Shown: piece after piece, positions 16,806-24,521 of the stretch | How positions within the stretch are numbered: position 1 is the stretch's first letter | How the letters are laid out: each line of letters starts with the position of its first letter | Assembly (NCBI GenBank): GCA_016185815.1 | Contig: JACPMT010000040.1 | Coordinates: 1 to 32,047, forward strand | Direction: 5' to 3' | Source: Candidatus Woesearchaeota archaeon | GTDB lineage: Archaea; Nanobdellota; Nanobdellia; Woesearchaeales; GW2011-AR4 | Length of the DNA stretch: 32,047 nucleotides | Translations under genes and position numbers: made by a program | The notes under the pieces: generated by a model | The model's database searches: none | Told to the model about the DNA's origin: nothing | What the model saw: the letters and a program-made list of their open reading frames with translations, nothing else

Positions 16806-17876
16806 TTAAATATACGCTTCAACAAGCATGTCCTTGCCTATTCTTCGGCATACTGGATTTTTCAAGTTAATCGCTTTGTCTATTTTGTTGACGCCAAGGT
16901 TTCCAATCGCGCCAAGCCCGTTGCCGATCAGCTTGGGCGCCGTGAATATAAATATCTTGTCAACAACATGTGCTTTTATTGCAGAGCTGTTAAGCTCAGA
17001 GCCGCCTTCAATCATAATGCTTGTTATCTCATGCTTTCCGAGCTGCTTCACAAGATCTCCTATGTCAACCATCCCGTTTTTTGATTTTGTCATTATCACA
17101 TTAATTCCCTTTTGCTGCAGCTTTTTCACTTCATTCTTTTTGGCCTTGCTTGTCGTTGCAATTATGAGCTTTGCAGGGTTTTTCATCAGGCTGCAGCTTT
17201 TCGGGATTTTTAGCTTGCTGTCAACAACAATTTTCATCGGGTCTTTGCCTTTCACCAGTCTTGGAGTCAGCTCCGGATTGTCCCTTAGTACAGTGTTCAA
17301 GCCGACCATCACAGCATCGACTTCGCTTCTCAACTGGTGCACATAAGTCCTTGCTTCTTTGCTTGTTATGTATTTTGAATCGCCTGTTTTGGTTGCTATC
17401 CTTCCGTCCATGCTCATAGCCACTTTTATGACTACAAAAGGCCTTTTTGTTCTCATGTACTTGATGTATGCCTCATTCAGCTTTTTAGCCTCATGCTCCA
17501 GAATCCCGATTTTTGTCTTCAATCCCCTAAACTTCAGCTCTTTAAAGCCGTCAACCAATGGATTCGGGTCGTGCACCCCAATTATAACCTCCCTTACTCC
17601 CGCTTCGACGATTTTTTCCGTGCATGGAGGGGTTCTTCCCCAATGGGAGCATGGCTCGAGATTAACGTACAATGTGGAATTTATTGCTTTTTTGCCTGCA
17701 TCATTCAATGCGAGAACTTCAGCATGCTCTGTGCCTGCCTTTCTGTGAAAGCCTTTTCCAACAATCCTGCCGCGCTTGACAACAATGCAGCCAACCATCG
17801 GATTTGGCGATGTCAAGCCCTTGCCCTTTTCAGCAAGCTTTATGGCCAACTCCATGTATTTCTTGTGAGATATCAA
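16806..17876 (-). CDS. ribD: Bifunctional riboflavin biosynthesis deaminase/reductase
   Basis: CMP/dCMP deaminase zinc motif (HAEVLAL..PCSHWGRTPPC) followed by a RibD_C reductase domain (..MSMDGRIATKTGDSKYITS..IMIEGGSELN). Confidence 0.9.
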   Translation of the reverse strand: MISHKKYMELAIKLAEKGKGLTSPNPMVGCIVVKRGRIVGKGFHRKAGTEHAEVLALNDAGKKAINSTLYVNLEPCSHWGRTPPCTEKIVEAGVREVIIGVHDPNPLVDGFKELKFRGLKTKIGILEHEAKKLNEAYIKYMRTKRPFVVIKVAMSMDGRIATKTGDSKYITSKEARTYVHQLRSEVDAVMVGLNTVLRDNPELTPRLVKGKDPMKIVVDSKLKIPKSCSLMKNPAKLIIATTSKAKKNEVKKLQQKGINVIMTKSKNGMVDIGDLVKQLGKHEITSIMIEGGSELNSSAIKAHVVDKIFIFTAPKLIGNGLGAIGNLGVNKIDKAINLKNPVCRRIGKDMLVEAYI

Positions 17877-17964
17877 CTTTGACCCCCGATTTAAAAAAGA
17901 AATTTTGAATTAATATATAAATTTAAGGTTTTGAAATTGATTATTGAGGAGTGGTGAAAATGAA

Positions 17965-17978
17965 AAGATTTAAATAGT
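17965..17978 (+). promoter_or_regulatory. BRE/TATA promoter AAGATTTAAATAGT
   Basis: Identical 14-mer to those at 2221 and 19041. TATA ends 25 nt before ATG 18001. Confidence 0.55.
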
Positions 17979-18000
17979 GATAATTATTACCAAATCCAAA

Positions 18001-18963
18001 ATGGCAAGTAGATTAGGTTATACAATTGGAACTTTGGCTTTGGTGCCATTATTGTATGCTGGGTGCAAAGGAGATTCTCCAAAATCTGCCGAAACGCCTA
18101 AACCTGCGGTTTCTCAAACATTGGAACAAACAGCAAAAAAAGCTCCAGAGGGGAGAATTTCTGATGATGATTTGCTTAATCTATACACCCAATTTGTGCC
18201 TAAGGCTAGAGTATATCAAAAGGAACTAGAAGGTGCCGTAATAGGATTCTCTGAAAGAAGCAAGATAAGGCCTGATGATGTCACTCAAGATGATTATGAT
18301 TTAATAAGAATTCAGTTAGAAAAAAAGCGAACAGCAGACGACTTATTGAGAGCGGTTGACGGGTTGAAACTTGAAGACAAAACTAGACTTTCTGATTTAT
18401 TAAGTAAATCATTGGATATAAACAAAGTAAGAAGAGAAAAAGGCGATTTTTATGCCAAAGGACAAAGGAGATATGAAGTATTTATGGACCCTGAATTAAC
18501 AATAGTGGCGAAAGAATCGTACACCGATACTGTTTTTGTATCTAATCCAAGAATTTACACAATAGAAGAAAAAATAGAAGCTATTGAGCTGGGAAATGGG
18601 TACTGGGCAAAATTTAGTGATTTTGGACCAAAGCCTGGGCACTATGTAAGAGAGATATTAGGCAAAGAACTAGAAGCGCTAAAAGATGTGCATGTTAAAT
18701 TGGGTAATTTTCTGAAGAAGGCCAAACCTACCAATACAGCCGAGGATTTAGAAAAATTACTTGAAAAAGAGCCTAAAGATGTAAATTCTGCAGTTCTAAC
18801 TGCCTTAGGTTATATGGGAGAGGGTAGTTCAGATTTTACCTACACAAGATTAAAGCCTAGAGTAGGAGAAGCTAGGGTTTTTACTTTTGAAGATTTAAGG
18901 CAAGCTGAAAATGATGTGAAGCAAAGCATTGCTGGTCTAAGTAAAGTATTAACACTAAAGTAA
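18001..18963 (+). CDS. Hypothetical lipoprotein-like protein
   Basis: MASRLGYTIGTLALVPLLYAGC has a lipobox-like signal (LYAGC). Start moved from GTG 17977, which lies inside the promoter, to ATG 18001. Confidence 0.5.
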   Translation: MASRLGYTIGTLALVPLLYAGCKGDSPKSAETPKPAVSQTLEQTAKKAPEGRISDDDLLNLYTQFVPKARVYQKELEGAVIGFSERSKIRPDDVTQDDYDLIRIQLEKKRTADDLLRAVDGLKLEDKTRLSDLLSKSLDINKVRREKGDFYAKGQRRYEVFMDPELTIVAKESYTDTVFVSNPRIYTIEEKIEAIELGNGYWAKFSDFGPKPGHYVREILGKELEALKDVHVKLGNFLKKAKPTNTAEDLEKLLEKEPKDVNSAVLTALGYMGEGSSDFTYTRLKPRVGEARVFTFEDLRQAENDVKQSIAGLSKVLTLK

Positions 18964-19040
18964 ACTTTATATTCTTAATACCTCAAGTTCTTGATTTCCA
19001 ACTATTCAATTTTTTTCTAGAATTACATACAAAAAACCAA

Positions 19041-19054
19041 AAGATTTAAATAGT
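19041..19054 (+). promoter_or_regulatory. BRE/TATA promoter AAGATTTAAATAGT
   Basis: Third identical copy. TATA ends 24 nt before ATG 19076. Confidence 0.55.
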
Positions 19055-19075
19055 AGTACCATATTAATACATACT

Positions 19076-19366
19076 ATGAAGGCTACGATAGTGCTGGACA
19101 AAGAAGCTGAAAATGAGCTGAACGAGCTTAAAACTTTTGCGAGCGCTTCTAAGAGCGAATTGATTAGGGAAGCCATTAAAGAGCTATACCTCAAAGAAAA
19201 GAGAGCAAGAGAAAATTTATTATTTTTTGTTAACCTTTACAATGAGGGCGTCATAACAAAAGATTTTCTTTTTCTTCTGCTGCCAAGAAAAGATGCAGAA
19301 GCAATCATAATCGGCTCAAAAACAGGCAAAGAGGCGGCAGAAGTTGCCAAAAATTTTAGTAGTTGA
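19076..19366 (+). CDS. Ribbon-helix-helix (CopG-like) antitoxin candidate
   Basis: N-terminus MKATIVLDKEAENELNELKTFASASKSELIREAIKELY fits a beta-strand plus two helices of an RHH fold. Overlaps the downstream PIN-like gene by 23 nt. Confidence 0.5.
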   Translation: MKATIVLDKEAENELNELKTFASASKSELIREAIKELYLKEKRARENLLFFVNLYNEGVITKDFLFLLLPRKDAEAIIIGSKTGKEAAEVAKNFSS

Positions 19367-19838
19367 TTCTTCTACTTTAATTGCTTTGGAAAGAGCTGGT
19401 TTAATTAAATTCATCGACAAAATTGGATATAATGTAATCATACCCAAAGCTGTCAAAGAAGAAATCAAGAATGAAAAAATTCTAAAGTTTTTAAAAATGC
19501 ATGAGCTAACGGGAAGAACTTTAAGGCTTAGCAAAAGTCTAGAACACTTGAATATTGGCAGTGGAGAGGCACAATGCTGCGCTTTGGCAAATAAACTGAA
19601 ATTAGATTTTATAATATGTGATGATAGAAAATTTATAAGGCAAAGATTTTTATCAGATAATAAACACTTGAAAAATATTAAGGTTCTGGGATTCTCATTT
19701 TTTCTTCATATTTTCTACAAAAAAAAATTAATAAAAAATACATGGGAATATTTTGATAAGATTATCAAATCGAATAATTGGGAAAGAAGCGAGGTATTGG
19801 TTGCTAATTATACTTTTCTCAAAAAGATTGGATACTAA
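19344..19838 (+). CDS. PIN-like (DUF3368/COG2405-type) nucleic-acid-binding protein; toxin candidate
   Basis: ILVVDSSTLIALERAGLI..IIPKAVKEE...GSGEAQCCALA..LDFIICDDRKF matches the PIN_3/DUF3368 pattern as I recall it. TTG start. Confidence 0.55.
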   Translation: MPKILVVDSSTLIALERAGLIKFIDKIGYNVIIPKAVKEEIKNEKILKFLKMHELTGRTLRLSKSLEHLNIGSGEAQCCALANKLKLDFIICDDRKFIRQRFLSDNKHLKNIKVLGFSFFLHIFYKKKLIKNTWEYFDKIIKSNNWERSEVLVANYTFLKKIGY

Positions 19839-21424
19839 TACTCCTCCCAACCCTTAATCTCCAAATCCTCCATCTTTTTCTTATAAATTGACTCAATAAA
19901 CAGCTTGGCAATCTGCTCATTTGTTAGCAATGGAATATTGAAATCAACTGCTTTTCTTCTGATTAAATAATCATTTGTTAGCTCTTCCTCTTCCAAGCTT
20001 TTTGGTATGTTAATCACTAAATCAATATTCCTTTCCTGAATGTAAGTCAACACATTTGGCTCTCTCTTGTCAAGGGGCCACCATAAAATTTCAGCATTTA
20101 CCCCATTCTGCTCCAAGAATTTTGCAGTGCCTTCTGTTGCATACAAATTAAATCCAATTTCTTCCAATTTTCTAACGCTTTCAAGCAAATAAGCTTTGCT
20201 TTTTATCGGTCCTGTTGAGAGCAAAACATTAGAATTTGGCATTACAAACCCAACTGAAAGCAATGATTTAAGAAAAGCTTCATTTATGTCATTACCCAAG
20301 CAAGCAACTTCCCCAGTTGATGCCATCTCAACGCTTAAAACAGGGTCAGCGCCGTGCAGCCTTGAGAATGAAAATTGCGGAGCCTTGACTCCAACATAAT
20401 CCAAGTCAAGGGTGTTGTACTTTCCTCTTATGTCAAGCCCAAGCATAGCCTTTGTCGCCATTTCAATGAAATTATATTTTGTGACTTTTGAGACAAAAGG
20501 AAAACTCCTTGAAGCCCTTAAATTGCACTCTATAACTTTTATTTGGTTGTCTTTTGCAATAAACTGAATGTTAAACGGACCTGTTATTTTCAACGCCTTT
20601 GCAATGTTTTTTGTTGTTTCCTTTATCTTCCTAATTGTTTCAAGATAAGTGTATTGGGGCGGCAATGCCATTGTCGCGTCGCCAGAATGCACTCCTGCAT
20701 TTTCTATGTGCTCCGATATTGCATAAATTACAACATCCCCATTTTGGGCAACTGCATCAATCTCAATTTCCTTTGCATTTGTTATGAACTTGCTTATGAC
20801 AACCGGGTGCTCTTTTGAGACATCCGCCGCTTTCTTGAGATATTGCTCAAGTTCTTTATTGCTGGAAGCGATGCTCATCGCAGCCCCGCTCAAAACATAA
20901 GAAGGACGTATCAAGATAGGGTATTCAACCTTTTCTGCAAACTTATGCGCCTCTTCAATAGATTTTGCTTCAGTCCATTCCGGCTGGTCCACATTTAAAG
21001 AGTCAAGCAGCGCAGAAAATTTATGGCGGTTCTCTGCATTGTCTATGCTTAAAGGGTTTGTCCCTAATATTTTTATATTCTGCCTGTGTAACTTCATTGC
21101 AAGGTTATTCGGAATCTGGCCGCCCATTGAAATTATAGTGCCAAGAGGATTCTCTTTTTCATAGATGTCAAGAACTCTCTCAAAGCTTAATTCATCGAAG
21201 TAAAGCCTGTCGCAGACATCATAGTCTGTGCTTACAGTTTCAGGATTATAATTAATCATAATTGTAGAATAACCAAGCTTATTTAAAGTAAAAACAGCAT
21301 TGACACAGCACCAGTCAAATTCAACAGAAGAGCCTATTCGGTAAGCGCCTGAGCCAAGAACAATTGCATTATTTTTGTTATCAAATTTTACATCATCCTC
21401 TTCCCCATTATAAGTTAAGTAAAG
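19835..21424 (-). CDS. carB: Carbamoyl-phosphate synthase large subunit, C-terminal half (second ATP-grasp + MGS-like domain); start unresolved
   Basis: The frame is open from 21424 and reads LYLTYNGEEDDVKFDNKNNAIVLGSGAYRIGSSVEFDWCCV..MINYNPETVSTDYD..IECNLRASRSFPFVSK.. The first canonical start is ATG 21259, which is downstream of the Gly-rich loop. Confidence 0.8.
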   Translation of the reverse strand, partial: LYLTYNGEEDDVKFDNKNNAIVLGSGAYRIGSSVEFDWCCVNAVFTLNKLGYSTIMINYNPETVSTDYDVCDRLYFDELSFERVLDIYEKENPLGTIISMGGQIPNNLAMKLHRQNIKILGTNPLSIDNAENRHKFSALLDSLNVDQPEWTEAKSIEEAHKFAEKVEYPILIRPSYVLSGAAMSIASSNKELEQYLKKAADVSKEHPVVISKFITNAKEIEIDAVAQNGDVVIYAISEHIENAGVHSGDATMALPPQYTYLETIRKIKETTKNIAKALKITGPFNIQFIAKDNQIKVIECNLRASRSFPFVSKVTKYNFIEMATKAMLGLDIRGKYNTLDLDYVGVKAPQFSFSRLHGADPVLSVEMASTGEVACLGNDINEAFLKSLLSVGFVMPNSNVLLSTGPIKSKAYLLESVRKLEEIGFNLYATEGTAKFLEQNGVNAEILWWPLDKREPNVLTYIQERNIDLVINIPKSLEEEELTNDYLIRRKAVDFNIPLLTNEQIAKLFIESIYKKKMEDLEIKGWEEY

Positions 21425-22689
21425 TTAATTAATTCAATTGGAATATTGTCAATATTAAATTTTAATAGCTCTTTCTCTGTCTCGACAACATTTTTTATTT
21501 TATATAGGAACCATTTATCGATTTTTGTCAGCTCATATATTTTATCAATGGGAATTTCCTTTTTGATTGCTTCAACAATAACAAGCAGTCTTTTGTCAGT
21601 TGGCTTTGTCAATTCTTTTTCAATAGTGTCAAATTTTAAATTATTTCCAACTAAGCCATGAAGGTTTATGTTGAGCATCCTTATTGCCTTTTGAACCACT
21701 TCCTCAAACTTTCTTCCTATAGCCATAACCTCGCCGACACTCTTCATCTCGCTGCCGATTTCAAAGCTCACTCTCTTGAATTTCTGCAAGTCCCATCTTG
21801 GCATTTTAACAACAATATAATCCAATGCAGGCTCAAAGCAGCTTTTTGTTGCCTTTGTTATCATGTTTTCAAGCTCTATTAAGGAATAGCCCAAAGCAAG
21901 CTTTGCTGCAATAAATGCTAAAGGATAACCAGTTGCCTTTGATGCAAGCGCAGAGCTTCTTGAAAGCCTTGCATTTACTTCAATAAGCCTGTAATCCTCG
22001 GAATTTGGGTCGAGGGCAAACTGTATATTGCATTCCCCGACAATTCCAAGGTGCCTTATGACTTTAATTGAAATGTCCCTTAACTTGTGGTATTCATTGT
22101 TTGTCAAAGTTTGAGATGGAGCAACGACAATGCTTTCTCCAGTATGAATTCCCATAGGGTCAAAGTTTTCCATGTTGCAGACTGTGATGCAGTTGTCATA
22201 AGCATCTCTTACAACTTCGTATTCAACTTCTTTCCAGCCGCCGAGGTATTTCTCAACAAGAACTTGGGAGGAATAGGCTAATGCCCTTTTTGCATTGTTT
22301 CTTAATTCTTCTTCATTTAAGGCAACGCCAGAGCCTTGTCCGCCTAAGGCATAAGCTACTCTAAGCATAACAGGATATTTTAATTTTTTAGCAACTTCTA
22401 CTGCTTGCTCCACCGTGTTAACAGCTTCGCTTTCAGGCACTTTGAGGCTTATTTTAGTTAATTTGTTTACAAACAATTCCCTGTCCTCTGTGTTCTTGAT
22501 TGCGTCAATCTGGGTGCCTAAAACTTTTATATTGTATTTTTCAAAAACATTATTATTGGATAATGCAACTCCGCAGTTTAAAGCCGTTTGCCCGCCAAAA
22601 GAAAGCATGATTCCGTCTGGATTTTCCTTTTCAATAACTTTTTCTACAAAGTAAGGGGTTACAGGAAGAAAATAAATCTTATCAGCCAT
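21415..22689 (-). CDS. carB: Carbamoyl-phosphate synthase large subunit, N-terminal ATP-grasp section (424 aa)
   Basis: MADKIYFLPVTP..GGQTALN..MLRVAYALGGQGSG..VEYEVVRD..IEVNARLSRSSALASKATGYPLA.. Ends inside the oligomerisation domain. Confidence 0.9.
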   Translation of the reverse strand: MADKIYFLPVTPYFVEKVIEKENPDGIMLSFGGQTALNCGVALSNNNVFEKYNIKVLGTQIDAIKNTEDRELFVNKLTKISLKVPESEAVNTVEQAVEVAKKLKYPVMLRVAYALGGQGSGVALNEEELRNNAKRALAYSSQVLVEKYLGGWKEVEYEVVRDAYDNCITVCNMENFDPMGIHTGESIVVAPSQTLTNNEYHKLRDISIKVIRHLGIVGECNIQFALDPNSEDYRLIEVNARLSRSSALASKATGYPLAFIAAKLALGYSLIELENMITKATKSCFEPALDYIVVKMPRWDLQKFKRVSFEIGSEMKSVGEVMAIGRKFEEVVQKAIRMLNINLHGLVGNNLKFDTIEKELTKPTDKRLLVIVEAIKKEIPIDKIYELTKIDKWFLYKIKNVVETEKELLKFNIDNIPIELINFT

Positions 22690-22695
22690 GCCCTA

Positions 22696-22874
22696 ACTTG
22701 TCTGGATTGTTGCAATGTTTGGATTTACGAGTACTGTTTCTATGCCTTCTTCGCGGAGGGCTTTGAGGCATTGGGAGCCGGAGTAGTCGAATTAGCGCCT
22801 TATAAGGTCTCGCCTGCTTCTCCGATTTTCAATGAACCCGAGCCCAGAACTAACACTTTTTTAGGCTTGTTCAA
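22696..22874 (-). CDS. carB: carB 5' segment (two exons split by a 17-nt element), terminated by an in-frame TAG
   Basis: SD GGAGGTGA (22883-22890), 8-nt spacer, then TTG 22874. Exon 1 reads [22 protein letters not shown] (to 22809). Exon 2 reads [32 protein letters not shown] (22791-22696). TAG follows at 22693-22695. Confidence 0.6.
22792..22808 (-). other. Candidate 17-nt BHB mini-intron in carB mRNA (ACCUUAUAAGGCGCUAA)
   Basis: A non-triplet insert lies exactly between E and F of the conserved EFDYSG motif. A 4-bp helix GGCG/CGCU is flanked by 3-nt bulges AGA and AAU and an inner palindrome CCUUAUAAGG. See findings. Confidence 0.55.
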
Positions 22875-24078
22875 TAGTGATTTCACCTCCGTTTAATTTC
22901 CATAAATATGATCTGTTAGAAGCGACTTTTCCTACTATGGCTACTAAACCCTTATTACTAAGGTGTTTAAGTTTCTTAAGAGCTTTAGTTTTAGATTTTC
23001 CTAAATCAGCAGCTATGTCAGCAGTGGAAGCACATCCTTTTTTTGATAAAAATTCTAAAATTTTGTTATTTAAAATTCTTTCATTTCCTTTGCTATAAAA
23101 TATTTTGCTATTAACTATCTTCTTTAATTTCTCAAATTTTTCCCCACTAGTTAACCCAATTTTATTATAAAAATTAATTAAACTCTGATAATCAGTGATA
23201 TTTATGTACATTACAATATGCAAACCATCTTCTTTTTTGTATTGTCTAGAAATTTTAGGTTTTCCAGAATATATATCCAATTCCTTAAGAATAAAACTTA
23301 TTTGTTCTAATAAGTTGTAAAGAGTTTCTTTTTGGTTTATATGCCTTATTACGTTCATATTTAAACCTTTTGCTCTATAATTATTGCTTAACATGACAGA
23401 ACCATCATCATCAAAAAAAGCTTTTAAGAAAGCAATTCTATATTTTTTAGATTTTAGTATCCATTCTGGAACTAAATTTTCACTATAAATCTTTGGCGCG
23501 ATAGGTGCTCCAAATACTTCCAAAATTTCTCCTGTAATTGCTGGATAGCCTATCCTATTTTGCTTTTCTGTATATGGTAAAATGCCAAATAATTCAGAAA
23601 TTTGAGTTTTAACTTCCTTTATCAAATTAGGATTATTATTGCTGTATTCAAACTGCCTTTTATTTCTACCTATATAACCATCACCAAAAACATGACCAAT
23701 TAACGAAGCGATTTTTTCGTCATGTCTAATGGGAAACTTAATATTCATACTTGTACCCGCACGAGTTCTAATTGACGTGATATTATTTTGTATTTCTTCA
23801 AGAGAAATCTTTGACAAGTTTGATAATTTTAATATAATATCTAATGGAATTGAATACATATTCTTCCTTAAATGAATCACAAAAGGGTATGAAATATCGA
23901 ATAATTTTGCTAATTCTTTTAATTCGATATTACAATTATCAAAAAGCTTTATAGTGAAGTCTTTATTAAGATTTAATCTAACATTGTCGGATAAATTCCA
24001 AAAATTTATTTGAAATTCTTTAATATTCTGTATCATTTTATAGCTAAAATCTTTATTTGATTTTTGTTTATTATTCAT
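22861..24078 (-). CDS. Free-standing double-motif LAGLIDADG protein with N-terminal HTH-like and C-terminal winged-helix domains
   Basis: LAGLIDADG motifs LIGHVFGDGYIG and FLKAFFDDDGSV. C-terminus LEFLSKKGCASTADIAADLGKSKTKALKKLKHLSNKGLV is wHTH-like. Start moved to ATG 24078 (MNNKQKS..); the longer tracked ORF overlaps the upstream gene. No Hint or intein splicing blocks. Confidence 0.7.
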   Translation of the reverse strand: MNNKQKSNKDFSYKMIQNIKEFQINFWNLSDNVRLNLNKDFTIKLFDNCNIELKELAKLFDISYPFVIHLRKNMYSIPLDIILKLSNLSKISLEEIQNNITSIRTRAGTSMNIKFPIRHDEKIASLIGHVFGDGYIGRNKRQFEYSNNNPNLIKEVKTQISELFGILPYTEKQNRIGYPAITGEILEVFGAPIAPKIYSENLVPEWILKSKKYRIAFLKAFFDDDGSVMLSNNYRAKGLNMNVIRHINQKETLYNLLEQISFILKELDIYSGKPKISRQYKKEDGLHIVMYINITDYQSLINFYNKIGLTSGEKFEKLKKIVNSKIFYSKGNERILNNKILEFLSKKGCASTADIAADLGKSKTKALKKLKHLSNKGLVAIVGKVASNRSYLWKLNGGEITIEQA

Positions 24079-24203
24079 AATATAATAACTTGATTTTGGA
24101 ATAATAAACCTTGAAAAATAAAAATAAGGTTTAAATGTATCCAGATGTAAAGTATTCTCCTTTAAATAGTATGCGTCAGCGGATGTCCGGTGTCCAGTGG
24201 TAT

Positions 24204-24521
24204 TTACCTGAGCCATTTTTTCTTAATTTTTCCTATTATTAATCCTATTAAAATTCCTAATAGAGTATAAAATATTGGGGACAAATAAACAGCAATGACC
24301 ACTATACCTTCTGGTGCTAAAGGATCGTTAGGTAAAGCATTTAAAATCCATAATATAGTTGCAAAAGATAAATAAGGCAACGCTATAAGAATAATTAGAA
24401 AAGGCGAATCGTAAAAAGGAGAGAAAGAAAAATAAAAAACTATTAAACCGAATATTAGTCCAATTACTCCACCTTTCTGCCAATATTTCAATTTACCCCA
24501 AAATTGTTTTGTTTTCCTCAT
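24204..24521 (-). CDS. Small membrane protein (105 aa, about 3 TM)
   Basis: ATGA start/stop overlap with carA (24518-24521) suggests translational coupling. Hydrophobic helices throughout. Confidence 0.5.
   Translation of the reverse strand: MRKTKQFWGKLKYWQKGGVIGLIFGLIVFYFSFSPFYDSPFLIILIALPYLSFATILWILNALPNDPLAPEGIVVIAVYLSPIFYTLLGILIGLIIGKIKKKWLR

Noticed and set aside
21406-21445. A second BHB intron that would repair the -1 frame junction of carB.
   Set aside because: I enumerated the possible 4-bp helices giving introns of length 3n+2. Only weak or AU-rich candidates appeared: UUCC/GGGA removing 38 nt, UCCA/UGGG removing 35 nt, and UUAA/UUAA removing 14 nt. None has an inner or outer helix, which is compatible with chance in this AT-rich stretch.
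22693-22695. TAG in carB read as a recoded sense codon, possibly decoded by a suppressor tRNA. The tRNA intron contains UUCUAAG at 11005-11011, which would display a CUA anticodon.
   Set aside because: TAG terminates srp54, ribB, the carB C-terminal half and the GNAT gene at natural-looking C-termini. The UUCUAAG segment has no flanking anticodon stem.
22798-22807. The palindrome CCTTATAAGG inside the carB insert as a protein-binding or restriction-type site, or the 17 nt as a simple frameshifting insertion.
   Set aside because: Not excluded, but less explanatory than the BHB reading. The palindrome is exactly bracketed by the 4-bp helix and two 3-nt bulges, and the predicted cuts restore the conserved EFDYSG motif.
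22861-24216. The LAGLIDADG ORF interpreted as an intein of CarB.
   Set aside because: It has no N-terminal Cys/Ser block A, no TxxH block B and no terminal HN plus nucleophile. carB has its own SD and start overlapping the end of this ORF in another frame.
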